A stretch of 64,000 bases of DNA from an uncultured Acidobacteriota bacterium. GTDB taxonomy: Bacteria > Acidobacteriota > JAQAZP01. Shown here piece by piece: positions 42,160 to 52,431 of this stretch (position 1 is its first letter; the number at the start of each line of letters is the position of its first letter). The stretch is from positions 128,001-192,000 of the forward strand of contig CAWIIB010000008.1 in assembly GCA_963836075.1 (NCBI GenBank), read 5' to 3'. The notes beneath the pieces were generated by a model. It was not told where the DNA came from. It ran no database searches and saw only the letters and a program-made list of their open reading frames with translations. Both the position numbers and the translations under genes were made by a program.

Positions 42160-43097
42160 CTGCTGGCTCCGTTTCCGCCGGTGCTGAACAGGTTTTTCAG
42201 CACCATTCCGGCCATGCTCGGGTTCTCCACCATCCGGCGCTTCAGATAGGCGATCGCGTCCGCCCAGTTTTCGGCAAAGGGGACGTAGAGCCGGACTACG
42301 TGGCCTTCGCTCACCAGCCGCTGCTGCAGCGGCTCCCGCGGTACCCCGAGCAGCATCTGGAACTCGTAGTTCGACCGCGGGATCTGAAATTCCTCCAGGA
42401 TTTGCCGGCTGCGCTCCAGCAGGGTCTCGTCGTGGGTGGCGATCTCCACCCGGTGGCCGCCCTCGATCAGCTTGCGCAGCAGGACGAGGTAGTTCTTCTT
42501 GATCTCCCGCTTGCGGGTGTGGGCCACCTCGGCCGGTTCATTGTAGATGCCGATGACCAGCCTGATCCGGGACGGTAGGTCGGACAGGTCATCGATATCC
42601 GCCGCCGTGCGAAAGAGCCTCGACTGCAGGACGGTGCCCAGCTGTTCGGCGGGGTAGTGTTCCCGCAGCCGGCGGTGCAGCTGCAGCGTGGCCGAGGTCA
42701 GGCGGTGGTCCTCCATATCGATGGTGGTCCCCACACCGGCCCGGGCGGCCGCGGACACGACCCGGTTGATGCTCTCCATGGCCAGCTCGCCGTCCAGTTC
42801 GAGGCCCATGGCCGACGGCTTGAGCGATATGGTGCTCTGAGCGGAGTCCGCGAGGCGTCCCACCAGGCGGAGATACAGATCCACCTGTTTTTCCACCTCC
42901 CCGGGTGAGGTAACTTCTTCACCGAGGACGTCCAGGGTGCTCAGGATGCCCCGGGAGCGGTAGAGCTCTCGGGCAATCTCGAGCGCGGACTCAATGCTGT
43001 CGCCCGCCACGTAGGGCCCGGCAAAGGTCTTGACCATGAAGGGAGGGGTCAGCCGGTGAACGATGAACTGTTTGACGCTGTCCCAGACCCAACTCAT
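42156..43097 (-). CDS. Monofunctional proline dehydrogenase
   Basis: YVAG, LDVLGE, ISLKPS.MG, IDMED, IATHD, EFQMLLGV, LYVPF...W..YLKRRM.ENP. Confidence 0.9.
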   Translation of the reverse strand: MSWVWDSVKQFIVHRLTPPFMVKTFAGPYVAGDSIESALEIARELYRSRGILSTLDVLGEEVTSPGEVEKQVDLYLRLVGRLADSAQSTISLKPSAMGLELDGELAMESINRVVSAAARAGVGTTIDMEDHRLTSATLQLHRRLREHYPAEQLGTVLQSRLFRTAADIDDLSDLPSRIRLVIGIYNEPAEVAHTRKREIKKNYLVLLRKLIEGGHRVEIATHDETLLERSRQILEEFQIPRSNYEFQMLLGVPREPLQQRLVSEGHVVRLYVPFAENWADAIAYLKRRMVENPSMAGMVLKNLFSTGGNGASR

Positions 43098-43174
43098 GTC
43101 GACCTTCTCCGGGGTGCTGGAAACACCCTGATATCAAGCCTTTCACGGCTTTTCCGCTCTGGTTCGGAACCGGC

Positions 43175-43203
43175 AGAATAGCATTTTGCCGGGGCCTTGG
43201 CAA
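43175..43203 (-). promoter_or_regulatory. sigma70 promoter for the proline dehydrogenase-pgeF-tmk operon
   Basis: Minus strand TTGCCA-N17-TATTCT with an extended -10 TG. Confidence 0.55.
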
Positions 43204-43283
43204 CGCGGCCGGCGCCCCCTGCTTGCGTCCCGAGCGGCCTCTGTGCTATCAAAGATCTTTCTTTCGGGAGGTGCAGATAGCAG

Positions 43284-43928
43284 ATGAACTCTTCCCAGCA
43301 CGACGGGAACAACAGCGACCGTTCCGCCGAACACTGGCTGGAGGCCTACCGCAGCGGCGCTTACCTCAAAAAGTGGCACTATGACCACCCCAGTCCCGAA
43401 CTGGTGGCCATGGTCAGCTGCGGCCTGATCAAGCCCGGGGCCCGGGTGCTGGAAGTGGGGTGCGGAGCGGGCACCGATTCGATCTACCTTGCCGGGGCCG
43501 GGGCCACCGTCACCGGTTGGGACATTTCCCAGACCGCCATCGATCTGGCCCGGGAGGCGGCGCGCGAGGCCGGGGCCCGGGTCACCTTTCAGCGGGTGGA
43601 CATCTTCTCGCCCATGGTCCCGCGGACCAATGTGGACGCGGTGATCGACCGCGGCTGCCTGCACAACATCCCCCTCGAGCAGTGGCCCGAATTCTCCCGC
43701 CGGGTGCACCGGTTTCTCAACAAGGGCAGCGGCCTCTACTTTGTCAGAGGGAGCCGCGAACCGACGGTGGGCCGGCAGATCTTCACCCCGCTGACCACGG
43801 AAAACGTGACCCGCGGTTTTTCAGTGCGCTTCAACTGGACCCGCCTCGAACCGTTCATGCTGCTGGCCAACGCCGGCCTGATCCCGGCGGCGATGGTGCT
43901 GATGCGCGCCAAGTCGAAGGTGGGGTAG
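43284..43928 (+). CDS. Class I SAM-dependent methyltransferase
   Basis: VLEVGCGAG, G.DIS..AI, D.VIDRGCLH. Confidence 0.88.
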   Translation: MNSSQHDGNNSDRSAEHWLEAYRSGAYLKKWHYDHPSPELVAMVSCGLIKPGARVLEVGCGAGTDSIYLAGAGATVTGWDISQTAIDLAREAAREAGARVTFQRVDIFSPMVPRTNVDAVIDRGCLHNIPLEQWPEFSRRVHRFLNKGSGLYFVRGSREPTVGRQIFTPLTTENVTRGFSVRFNWTRLEPFMLLANAGLIPAAMVLMRAKSKVG

Positions 43929-43932
43929 ATAC

Positions 43933-44598
43933 GTGTCTCCCGGATATTCCGCCCATTGCCGGAATCCGGCCCTGCTGGTTCTGGCGCTGCTTGTCTTCTC
44001 CGCGGCTTCCCCGGCCGACACCCACCGCTGCGAATGGGTCTACGACGGCGATACCATCCGTCTGGAGAGTGGCGAACGGGTGCGGCTCCTCGGGGTGGAC
44101 GCCCCGGAAGTGCACCATCCCGAGCGGGGGGAGGAACCCTTTGGCCGGGAGGCCATGGGCCTGGCTATCTCGCTGGTTTCGGCGCGAACGGTGGAACTGC
44201 AGTACCACGACGGAGATTCCATTGACGGAGCGCAGCGGGACAAGTACCAGCGGGTCCTGGCCTACGTCTGGGTCGATCGCCTCGACGGTCTGGGCCGCCG
44301 GGAACCGGTCTGTCTCAACCTCGAACTGCTGCGGCAGGGACTGGCCCGGGCCACCAGGGCCTGGGCTCACCCGCTGTACGATGATTATGTCAAAGCCGAG
44401 CAGGTTGCCCGGGACCAGGGGGTGGGCCTCTGGGCCGGGTGGCCGTCCCGCTCGGCGGACAAGGTTCTGGTCACCACCAAGGGGTCCCGCTACCACCGCC
44501 GCGGCTGTCCGCACATCAAGGGGCGCAAGACCAGCACCCTATCCCTGGCCTCGGCGGAGAAGCGCGGGTGCACGCCCTGCCGCACCTGTCGCCCCTGA
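43933..44598 (+). CDS. Thermonuclease (SNase) family protein with a C-terminal Ada-like metal-binding motif
   Basis: YDGDT, VRLLGVDAPE, RDKYQRVLAYV, A.....GLW, then YH...C.....G..PC..C.P. Confidence 0.9.
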   Translation: MSPGYSAHCRNPALLVLALLVFSAASPADTHRCEWVYDGDTIRLESGERVRLLGVDAPEVHHPERGEEPFGREAMGLAISLVSARTVELQYHDGDSIDGAQRDKYQRVLAYVWVDRLDGLGRREPVCLNLELLRQGLARATRAWAHPLYDDYVKAEQVARDQGVGLWAGWPSRSADKVLVTTKGSRYHRRGCPHIKGRKTSTLSLASAEKRGCTPCRTCRP

Positions 44599-44849
44599 AA
44601 ACCCTGCCGGTGTACGTCCGATTCCCCTTGAATTTTCTTGATTTTGCCATATATTCAAGGAAGAGCGTTTTTGATTTGAAGTTGCCCCCGGGCTTCGCAG
44701 TCCGTGCCACCAAGCAACTTTTCCCCAAAACGCGGCCCGGTTCAGGTCGGGTGAGCCGTATCGGCGGTTGCCCGGCGAAGTCATAGCTTCGGCCTTAAAG
44801 CAACAAATAGTTGACGTTATATCATCAGCACAACCGGAGGCCACACGTC

Positions 44850-47800
44850 ATGAATCCCTGCTGGAAAATCTGTGCCCTGACCTGCCTCATCCTGCTCGCC
44901 GCCCTGCCGGCCATGGCCGTGGAGCCCGCGAGCCGCACAATCGACTTCGACAGTGACTGGGGAGAGCCGGGATTCACCGTGGTGTACAGCGGTGATGACG
45001 GCCTGGAACTGGTCTACGCTCTACCATCGTTGACCCTCTCGCCGGTGACGCTGCGTGGCGAGGCCTTCACCCGGGTCACCATCCCCGGAGCCATTCTGCC
45101 CACCAATCCGGGCGAGCCGAACCTGCCCGGCAGCGGCCGCTACGTGGCGCTGCCCAACGGCGCCGGGGCCAGGGTGGAGATCCTCGACCAGCGCACACGG
45201 GTGTTCCCCGGGGTCAATGTGCTGCCCTCGGCCAGACTGCCCTTCGACGTGGAGCCGACAGCCCCGCTGCCGGAAAAGGATCCCGCCATCTACCAGGGGA
45301 ACACGTCCTGGCCCAAGGAGGCGGTGAAGCTCTCCGCGGCGCGGCAGCTGCGGGGGGTGAACTCCTGCCTGGTGGGCATCACACCCTTCTCCTGGAACCC
45401 GGCCACCACCGAACTGACCGTGATCACCGACCTGCGGATCCGGGTCTCCTTCGTCGGCGGCCAACCGGGTGAGTTCGGCACCGAGCGTCTCCGTTCCCGC
45501 CACTGGGACCCGATCCTCCAGCACCAGCTGGTCAACTTCGACCGCCTGCCCCTGGTGGATTACTCGACGCGGGACTATTCGGGCCGCGACGGCGTGGAAT
45601 ACATCATCATCGTTCCCGACGACACCGACTTCATCACCTGGGGGCAGACCATCGCCGACTTCCGCATGGATCAGGGCATCTCCTCCCAGGTCTACACGGT
45701 GACCGAGATCGGCGGCAACACCGTCTCGGCCATCGAGACCTTTATCGACAACGCGTACGGCAGCTGGTCCACCGCGCCGGTGGCCTTCCTGCTGCTGGGC
45801 GACTACGCCGCCAGCGGACAGCCCGGCGGGATCACCAGTCCCAGCCAGTCCCACCCCTATTCCGGGACATTCATCACCGACAACGCCTTCGCCGACATCG
45901 ACGGCGACCACCTGCCGGACCTGATCAACGCCAGGATCACCGCCCGCAACGCCGGCGAGCTGGCGATCATGATCAACAAGTTCATCGACTACGAGGAGAA
46001 CCCGCCCACCGCGGCCAACTTCTACGCCAACCCCATCGTGGCCTGCGGGTTCCAGACCGAGCGCTGGTTCCAGCTCTGCACCGAGGTGATCCACGGATTC
46101 TGGGAGAACGAGCTGGGCATGAGCCCGGTGCGCCAGTACAACGTCTACTACGGTAACCCCCAGCCGGGCGACCCCTGGTCGAGCAACGCCAACACCCCGA
46201 TGGTGGTGGACTATTTCGGCCCCACCGGCCTGGACTACATCCCCGCCACCATCCCGGCGGAGATCGACTGGAACAGCGGGTCGCCCACCGGAATCAACGC
46301 CGCGATCAATTCCGGGGCCTTCATCCTCCAGCACCGGGACCACGGCAGCGAGACCGGCTGGGGCGAGCCGAACTACGGGTCTTCCAATCTCTCCGGCCTT
46401 TCCAACAGCATGCTGCCCTGGGTCTTCTCCATCAACTGCCTCACCGGGCGGTTCGATTACTCCAGCGAGGTCTTTGCCGAGGCCTTCCACCGCATGCCCG
46501 GCGGCGCCCTGGGTTTGACCGCGGCCACCCAGGTTTCCTACTCCTTTGTCAACGACACCTACATCTTCGGTCTCTACGACTCCATGTGGCCCGGTTTCGA
46601 TCCCGGGTATCCCTCGGTGGGGCGGGCCACCGGCGCAAACGACCTGCGCCCGGCATTCGCCAACGCCAGCGGAAAATACTACCTCCAGGCCTCCAACTGG
46701 CCCTACAATCCCAGCGACAAGCAGATCACCTACGACCTGTTCCACCACCATTCCGATCCCTTCCTGACCCTCTTCTCCGAAGTGCCCGCCACAATGAACG
46801 TCAGCCACCAGGGCGTGCTCTTTGCCATGGCGCCCACCTTCACCGTCACCGCGCCTGCCGGTTCGCTGATCGCCCTGACCCGCAACGGGCAGATCCTCGG
46901 GGTGGCCGACGGCACCGGGTTCCCCGCCATGGTTCCCATTTCCGGGCAGCTGCCCGGTCTGCCCAACATGACGGTGACGGTGACCAAGGCCAACTGCTAC
47001 CGCTACCAGGCCAGCGTGGAGGTGATCCCCCAGGAGGGGCCGTTCGTCTCCTACGTCAGCCACCTGCTGGACGATGATCAGAGCGGCGCGTCCAACGGCA
47101 ACGGCGACGGCATCGCCACGCCGGGCGAGACGGTGGAACTGCTGCTGGACCTGCGCAACTACGGCGTGGACACCGCCTACGGCGTGAGCGCCACGGTGAC
47201 CAGCACCAGCCCGCACATCAATTTCCTCGACAACAGCGCGGCCTACGGCAACTTCGCGCCCAACGAGACCCGGACCAACGTCGACGGCCTGGTTTTCGAG
47301 GTGCTGGGCAGCTGCCCCCACGGCGAAGAGATCCAGTTCACGGTCAGCGCCACCGACGGCAGCAGACAGTCGTGGGAGTCGTTCTTCGGCATCACCGTGG
47401 AGGCGGCGCAGATGGCGCTCCACGGCCAGACCGTGATCGACGCCCCGGACGGCAACAACGACGGCGACGTGGACATGGGCGAGACGGCCTTCGTGGAACT
47501 GACCATCGAAAACACCGGGGCGGTGGATACCAGCAATGTCTCGGTGACCCTGACCAGCAACGATCCCGGCTATGTCACCGTGCTCGACGGCAGTGCCGAC
47601 TACCCCGACATCGCCGCCGGCAACACGGCGCTGAGCCTCAGCCCGCACTTCCGCTTCAGCGTCGACCTCTCCACCCCCTGCGGCCAGCAGCTGAGTTTCG
47701 ACGCCACCATCGCCACCGACCAGGGGTCGGCCACCGACACCCTCTACATCCAGGTGGGGGGCACCGGCCTCTTCTTCGAAGATGACATGGAGAGCGGCGG

Positions 47801-48688
47801 GGGCAGCTGGACGCACTTTGCCGACCAGGGCGTCGACGACTGGTCGATCATCACCAGCAGCTATGCGCACAGCCCGGACAATATCTGGTTCTCCAGCGAT
47901 ATCTCCACGGTGAAGGACGTTTCCCTGGTCACCCCGGTGCTGTCGGTGACCAACCTCTCCGAGTTCAGCTTCTGGCACTACTTCAACATGGAGAGCAGCT
48001 ACGACGGCTGCGTGATCGAGATCTCCACCGACGGCGGCTCCAGCTGGGCCGACCTGGGGCCGGACATCACCCAGGGCGGCTACAGCGGCACCATCTCCAC
48101 CGCGTTCAGCAACCCCCTGGGCGGGCGCAGCGCCTGGACCGGGACCAACAGCACCATGAGCCAGGTGGTGGTGGACCTCGCCGGCTATGCCGGAGCCACG
48201 GCCAATGTCCGCTTCCGTCTGGCCACCGACAGCTCGGTGAGCGACGACGGCTGGTATATCGATGACGTGCTGATGACCGGGGCCGAGTGCCAGCCCTGGT
48301 CGGGCGGCGTGGAACACACGGTGGTGGCCGCCATGAGCTGCGTACCCGGTTCGGGTACGCTGCCCTTCAGTTCCTGGTTCCAGATCAGATGGAAAACCTC
48401 ACCAGCTACTTCCGCCAGGTGGGCGGCCACCTGGACGTTCTGCTGGGGAACGGCACCGGATACAGCAACTGGCGCGCCGGCAACCTGGTGCTGTCGGCGG
48501 AGGAAGTGTACGCCTTCGGCTGGAACCAGGGCATTCCGGCCCTGGCCGCCACCGATGGGAACAACGTCTTCACCCTGGTGGTGGAGGACGTGACCCCCGC
48601 GCCTTACAACCAGCCGCCCTACCAGCCCTCCGGCGACACCGACACCGGCTTCTGCACGGTGACCGGTGTGGCCCCCCAGGGAGAGTGA
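44850..48688 (+). CDS. Secreted gingipain-like C25 cysteine peptidase, with one missing base near 48386
   Basis: Signal peptide, C25 propeptide (PGEPNLP...VALP), LLLGD, catalytic HRDHG and SINCLTG, Ig-like repeats (NGDG...GET), a jelly-roll domain (FEDDMESG...GWYIDDV), and a C-terminal domain continuing in the 48287-48688 frame. Confidence 0.88.
48315..48688 (+). repeat. Shared C-terminal domain, copy 1
   Basis: CVPGSGTLPFSS.F.IQMENLT...SNWRAG...WNQ.IPAL....G.N.FTL..EDVTPAPYNQPPY.P.GDTD.G.CTV.G. Confidence 0.85.
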
Positions 48689-48731
48689 CCTGCCCGGGGT
48701 TCCGGGCAAGGGGCGGCCAGACAATCTGACC

Positions 48732-48759
48732 AAGGGCCCGGTGTTCACCGGGCCCCTTT
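48732..48759 (+). terminator. GC-rich hairpin, possible terminator between the two secreted-protein genes
   Basis: GGGCCCGGTG-TT-CACCGGGCCC followed by CTTT. Confidence 0.5.
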
Positions 48760-48819
48760 GCACTCCGGGGCCCCGGCCCCGGGGAAAAGTGGCCCGTGCG
48801 CCCGAAAGGCAGGTAGCCG

Positions 48820-51800
48820 ATGATGTTCCCGCGACGTGTATCCCTTCCACTGGCCCTGGTTCTGCTCAGCCTCTGCTCCGTGTCCGGCGCCCCGGCGCAC
48901 ACCCCGGACGGGGTGGCTGCGGCGCTGCTCCAGGGCTCGGCAGCCGGAGAGGCTCCGGCCCTGGACACGGCGGACTATCCTCGACGCCGGCGGTGACCGC
49001 TGGCGTGCGTCTCGAGGCACGGGTCAACTCACACCTGGCCGGCCGGCAGGTACGCGCCGGCCCTGGTGATGGACGAGGACGGGCATCTCACCGTTTTCTG
49101 GCAGAGCCGGCGTCAGGAAGGCCGGGGTCACGAGCTGTACGCCCAGCGGTTCGATCCGCAGGGCCGGCGCCTGGGCCTGGAGACCAGGCTCAACCAGGAA
49201 GTCCCGCCGGACCAGGCCGGCGTCTCCGGCGCCCTGCTGGGCGATGGACGGACGGCGTTCTGCTGGGATGCCCTGGGCCAGGACGGCAGTCTGGGCGGGG
49301 TTCTGGTCCGTCTCTTCGGCTCCGGTCTGGCGCCGTTGACCGATGAGATGGTGGCCCACCAGATGACCCGGGGGAACCAGTCGGACGCGGTCTGCACCGC
49401 GCTTGCCGACGGCGGCTTCGTGGTGGCCTGGAGCGGCCCCGGGAAGCAGGGGAACCTGCCCCGGGCCTGGGCCCGCCGATTCGATTCCGCGGGCCGGCCC
49501 GCGGGGGCCGAGTTCCGCCTGGGCCAGCCTGCGCTGGCCGGCGAGCGGCTGCCCTCCCTGGCCACACTCCCCGGCGGCGGTTTTGCCGCGGTCTATGCGG
49601 CGCTGGATACCGACGGCCGGCCTGCCGGGGTGTACGGCCGATGCTTCGCGGCCGATGGCGTGGCGGGTACACCGTTCAAACTGAACAGCGGCGGCGACCT
49701 CGGCGCCATCGAACCGGTGCTGGCCGTCTCCGGCGACGGCCGGCTGCTCACCGCCTGGCTGGAGCACGGCGGTGAAGCTGCCGATTACGATGTGCGGGCC
49801 CGGCTGTTCACCACCGACGGCGGCCCCCTGGAGCCGGCGTTCACCGTTCACCGGCGGTGTGCAGGGATCCAGAACGGCGCGGCCGCCGTCTTCCTGCCCG
49901 ACGGCCGGTTTGTGGTGGCCTGGAACCAGTTCACCGAGGGCAGCCGCGGGTCCGACGTGATGGCCCGTTTCTTCACCTCCGGCGGCGTCCCCGATGGTGA
50001 CGCTTTCCACCTGGCCAGGTCAACGGCCGGCGAGCAGCGGCTGGCCCAGGCCAGCGGCCGTCTCCGCCTGGCGGCCGGTGACCAGGGACAGCTGGCTGCG
50101 GTCTGGAGCGGGGCAGGGGAGGGGCTGGCTGACGAGCATGGCGCCTATCTCACGCTGCTGCTGCCGGCCGGAATGAATATCGCCGTGGATCCCGCAGTGG
50201 AGCGGGAAGCGCGGCAGACCGCGGCGTTCCACTCGTTGATCACCGCCATGGCCGGCGACCGCAAAAGCGGCGACCAGGCCCGGCGGGCCGCGCAACATCC
50301 GGACGGCGCTCTGATCCATGGGGTATCCGACGTGGCCGCACCGCACCAGCCGCCGGTCTGGGACCCCGCCCTGCGGAGGGACCAGGAGCCGTTTGGCGGC
50401 GACCCCTCGCCGGTACCGCTGGCCGACGGCGGTTTTTTCGGGCTGGCCAGCACCGGCTGGACCCCGCCCGACCCGCACCTGGCAGTGGGGCCGGACCACG
50501 TGGTGGTGATGACCAACGGCGCCATCGCCTTCTTCGACAAGGACGGCACCCGGACCTTCATCGACGAGATCGAGGACAGCTACGGGTTCTGGGGCTCGCT
50601 GGGGACCACCAACTTTGTTTTTGACCCCGAGGTGCTCTACGATCCCCACTCCAACCGCTTCATGGCCATGGCCAACGAGCGGGGCAATTCCAACGATTCC
50701 TACTTCCTGCTGGCCGTCTCCGACGACTCGAATCCCAACGGCACCTGGCACAAGTACCGGATCAACGCCACCACCCACTGCGGGGGCACTATCGACTCGC
50801 CCAACATCGCGGTGGACAGCCAGGCGGTCTACCTCACCGCCGACTGCTGGACCAGCTACAACTACGTGATCTACATCCTGAACAAGACGCCGCTGCTCAG
50901 CGGCGGCGCGGCCTCCATCACCAACACCCTGACCATCAGCGGCACGCAGTCCCACGGCATCCCGGTGACTTACGGCACCGCCCCGGCGATGTACATGATC
51001 GAGCACTTCGAATCCAGCTCCAACACCACGGTGCGGCTGCACGCCATCACCGACCCGCTGGGCTCGGTCTCCCGGGTGACCTACAACCTCACCGTGCCCG
51101 CCTACTCCCCGCCGGAAGATCCGCCGCAACTGGGCACTTCCACCCGGCCGGAGACCTTTGACAACCGCTTCTGGAGTTGTGTCTGGCGCAACGGTTCACT
51201 CTGGGCCTGCCACCACATCGGCAGTTCCCGGGTGCTCTCCCGCTGGTACGAGATCGATACCGGCAACTGGCCGGCATCCGGCACGCCCACCCTGGTCCAG
51301 TCGGGCACGGTGGACCCCGGCGCCGGGGTGCGGACCTTCTTCAACTCCATCTCCGCCGATGACGAGGGCAATGCGGTGATGTGTTTCGCCCGGTCATCGA
51401 CCAGCGAATACATCTCCATGGCCCGGGCCTCCCGCTGTGCCGATGACCCGCCCGGCACCATGCCCGACCTGGTGATCCAGAAGGCCAGCACCACCGGCTA
51501 CACCACCAGTCGTTGGGGTGACTACAGCGCGGTGGCCCTGGACCCGGCGGACGGCACCACCTTCTGGATGCACCACGAGTACACCACCTCCTCCAGCAGC
51601 TGGAGCACCTGGATCGCCTACCACGACCCGGAGTGCAACCCGCAGCCGGTGGACACCCTGGCCGTCACTTTCGACTGTGTTCCGGACAGCGGCACCCTGC
51701 CCTTTTCCTCGCAGTTCTGGGTCCAGCTGGAGAACCTGACCAGCGAGAACCGGCGGGCCGCGGCACGCATCGACGCCCATATCGCGTCCGGCGGATTTTT

Positions 51801-52011
51801 CAGCAACTGGCGCGCCGGCTGGACCAATCTCGACCCCGGCGAGGCCTACACCACGTTCTGGAACCAGAACTTCCCGGCGCTGGGCACGCTGAGGGGAACA
51901 AACATCTTCACCCTCCTGGGAGAGGATGTGACCCCGGCTCCTTACAACCAGCCGCCCTACGCGCCGGCCGGCGACACGGACAGCGGCAGTTGCACGGTGA
52001 TCGGGCAATAG
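48820..52011 (+). CDS. Large secreted repeat/beta-propeller-like protein, with two apparent indels near 48975 and 49050
   Basis: Signal peptide MMFPRRVSLPLALVLLSLCSVSGAPA from ATG 48820. About six repeats of E..VN....G.Q..P.....DG.FVV.W......ARRF...G. Second domain PPD..LAVGP..VV...FDP.VLYD...RF...RWGDYS....DP.D..TFW. Ends in the shared C-terminal domain. Confidence 0.75.
51652..52011 (+). repeat. Shared C-terminal domain, copy 2
   Basis: CVPDSGTLPFSSQFWVQLENLT...SNWRAG...WNQNFPAL...GTNIFTL..EDVTPAPYNQPPYAPAGDTDSGSCTVIGQ. Confidence 0.85.
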
Positions 52012-52033
52012 GCAGCGGAGCAGGTTCTCCGCG

Positions 52034-52062
52034 TTGACCGAAGCACTACGTGATCGTATAAT
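52034..52062 (+). promoter_or_regulatory. Near-consensus sigma70 promoter of the radical SAM/GT cluster
   Basis: TTGACC-N17-TATAAT. Confidence 0.8.
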
Positions 52063-52158
52063 TCACAAAACGCAAGGAATGCCGGGAATGTCCGGATTCC
52101 GGTGCGATTGCACCTGTTTCCTTTTTAAAAATCTGGCGGTTTTCAACGGCGGGTTCAG

Positions 52159-52332
52159 ATGAACAAGGTCAGAGTGGTCAGAGAACTGTTGCGGCAGTGG
52201 TGGGACTTATCCCGCCGCGGGGACAACCGCTCGGGCCTGTTCGTGGGGTCCCTGCTGATTCTCCTGGTGCTGCTGGTCAAGTGGCCGGAGGCGCCTCCAC
52301 GGATCGAGCCGTTCATCTACGCCCATTTTTAA
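52159..52332 (+). CDS. DUF5989/SxtK-like small membrane protein (57 aa, absent from the ORF track)
   Basis: MNKVRVVRELLRQWWDLSRRGDNRSGLFVGSLLILLVLLVKWPEAPPRIEPFIYAHF: one transmembrane helix and a terminal PFIYxxF. Confidence 0.7.
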   Translation: MNKVRVVRELLRQWWDLSRRGDNRSGLFVGSLLILLVLLVKWPEAPPRIEPFIYAHF

Positions 52333-52431
52333 AGGGACAGTCCTGTAACCCGAGCTGATAGGCAGATCAGTCCGCCGCGGTCAGGATTCCAAGAGCCGGC
52401 TCCGGCGCTCCAGCGGAGGAGGAGTCTGCCG

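Noticed and set aside
44700-44820. c-di-GMP-I riboswitch upstream of the C25 protease
   Set aside because: GCGGTTGCC resembles the 3' end of the motif, but the GGCAAAC/GAAA/ACGCAAA core is missing.
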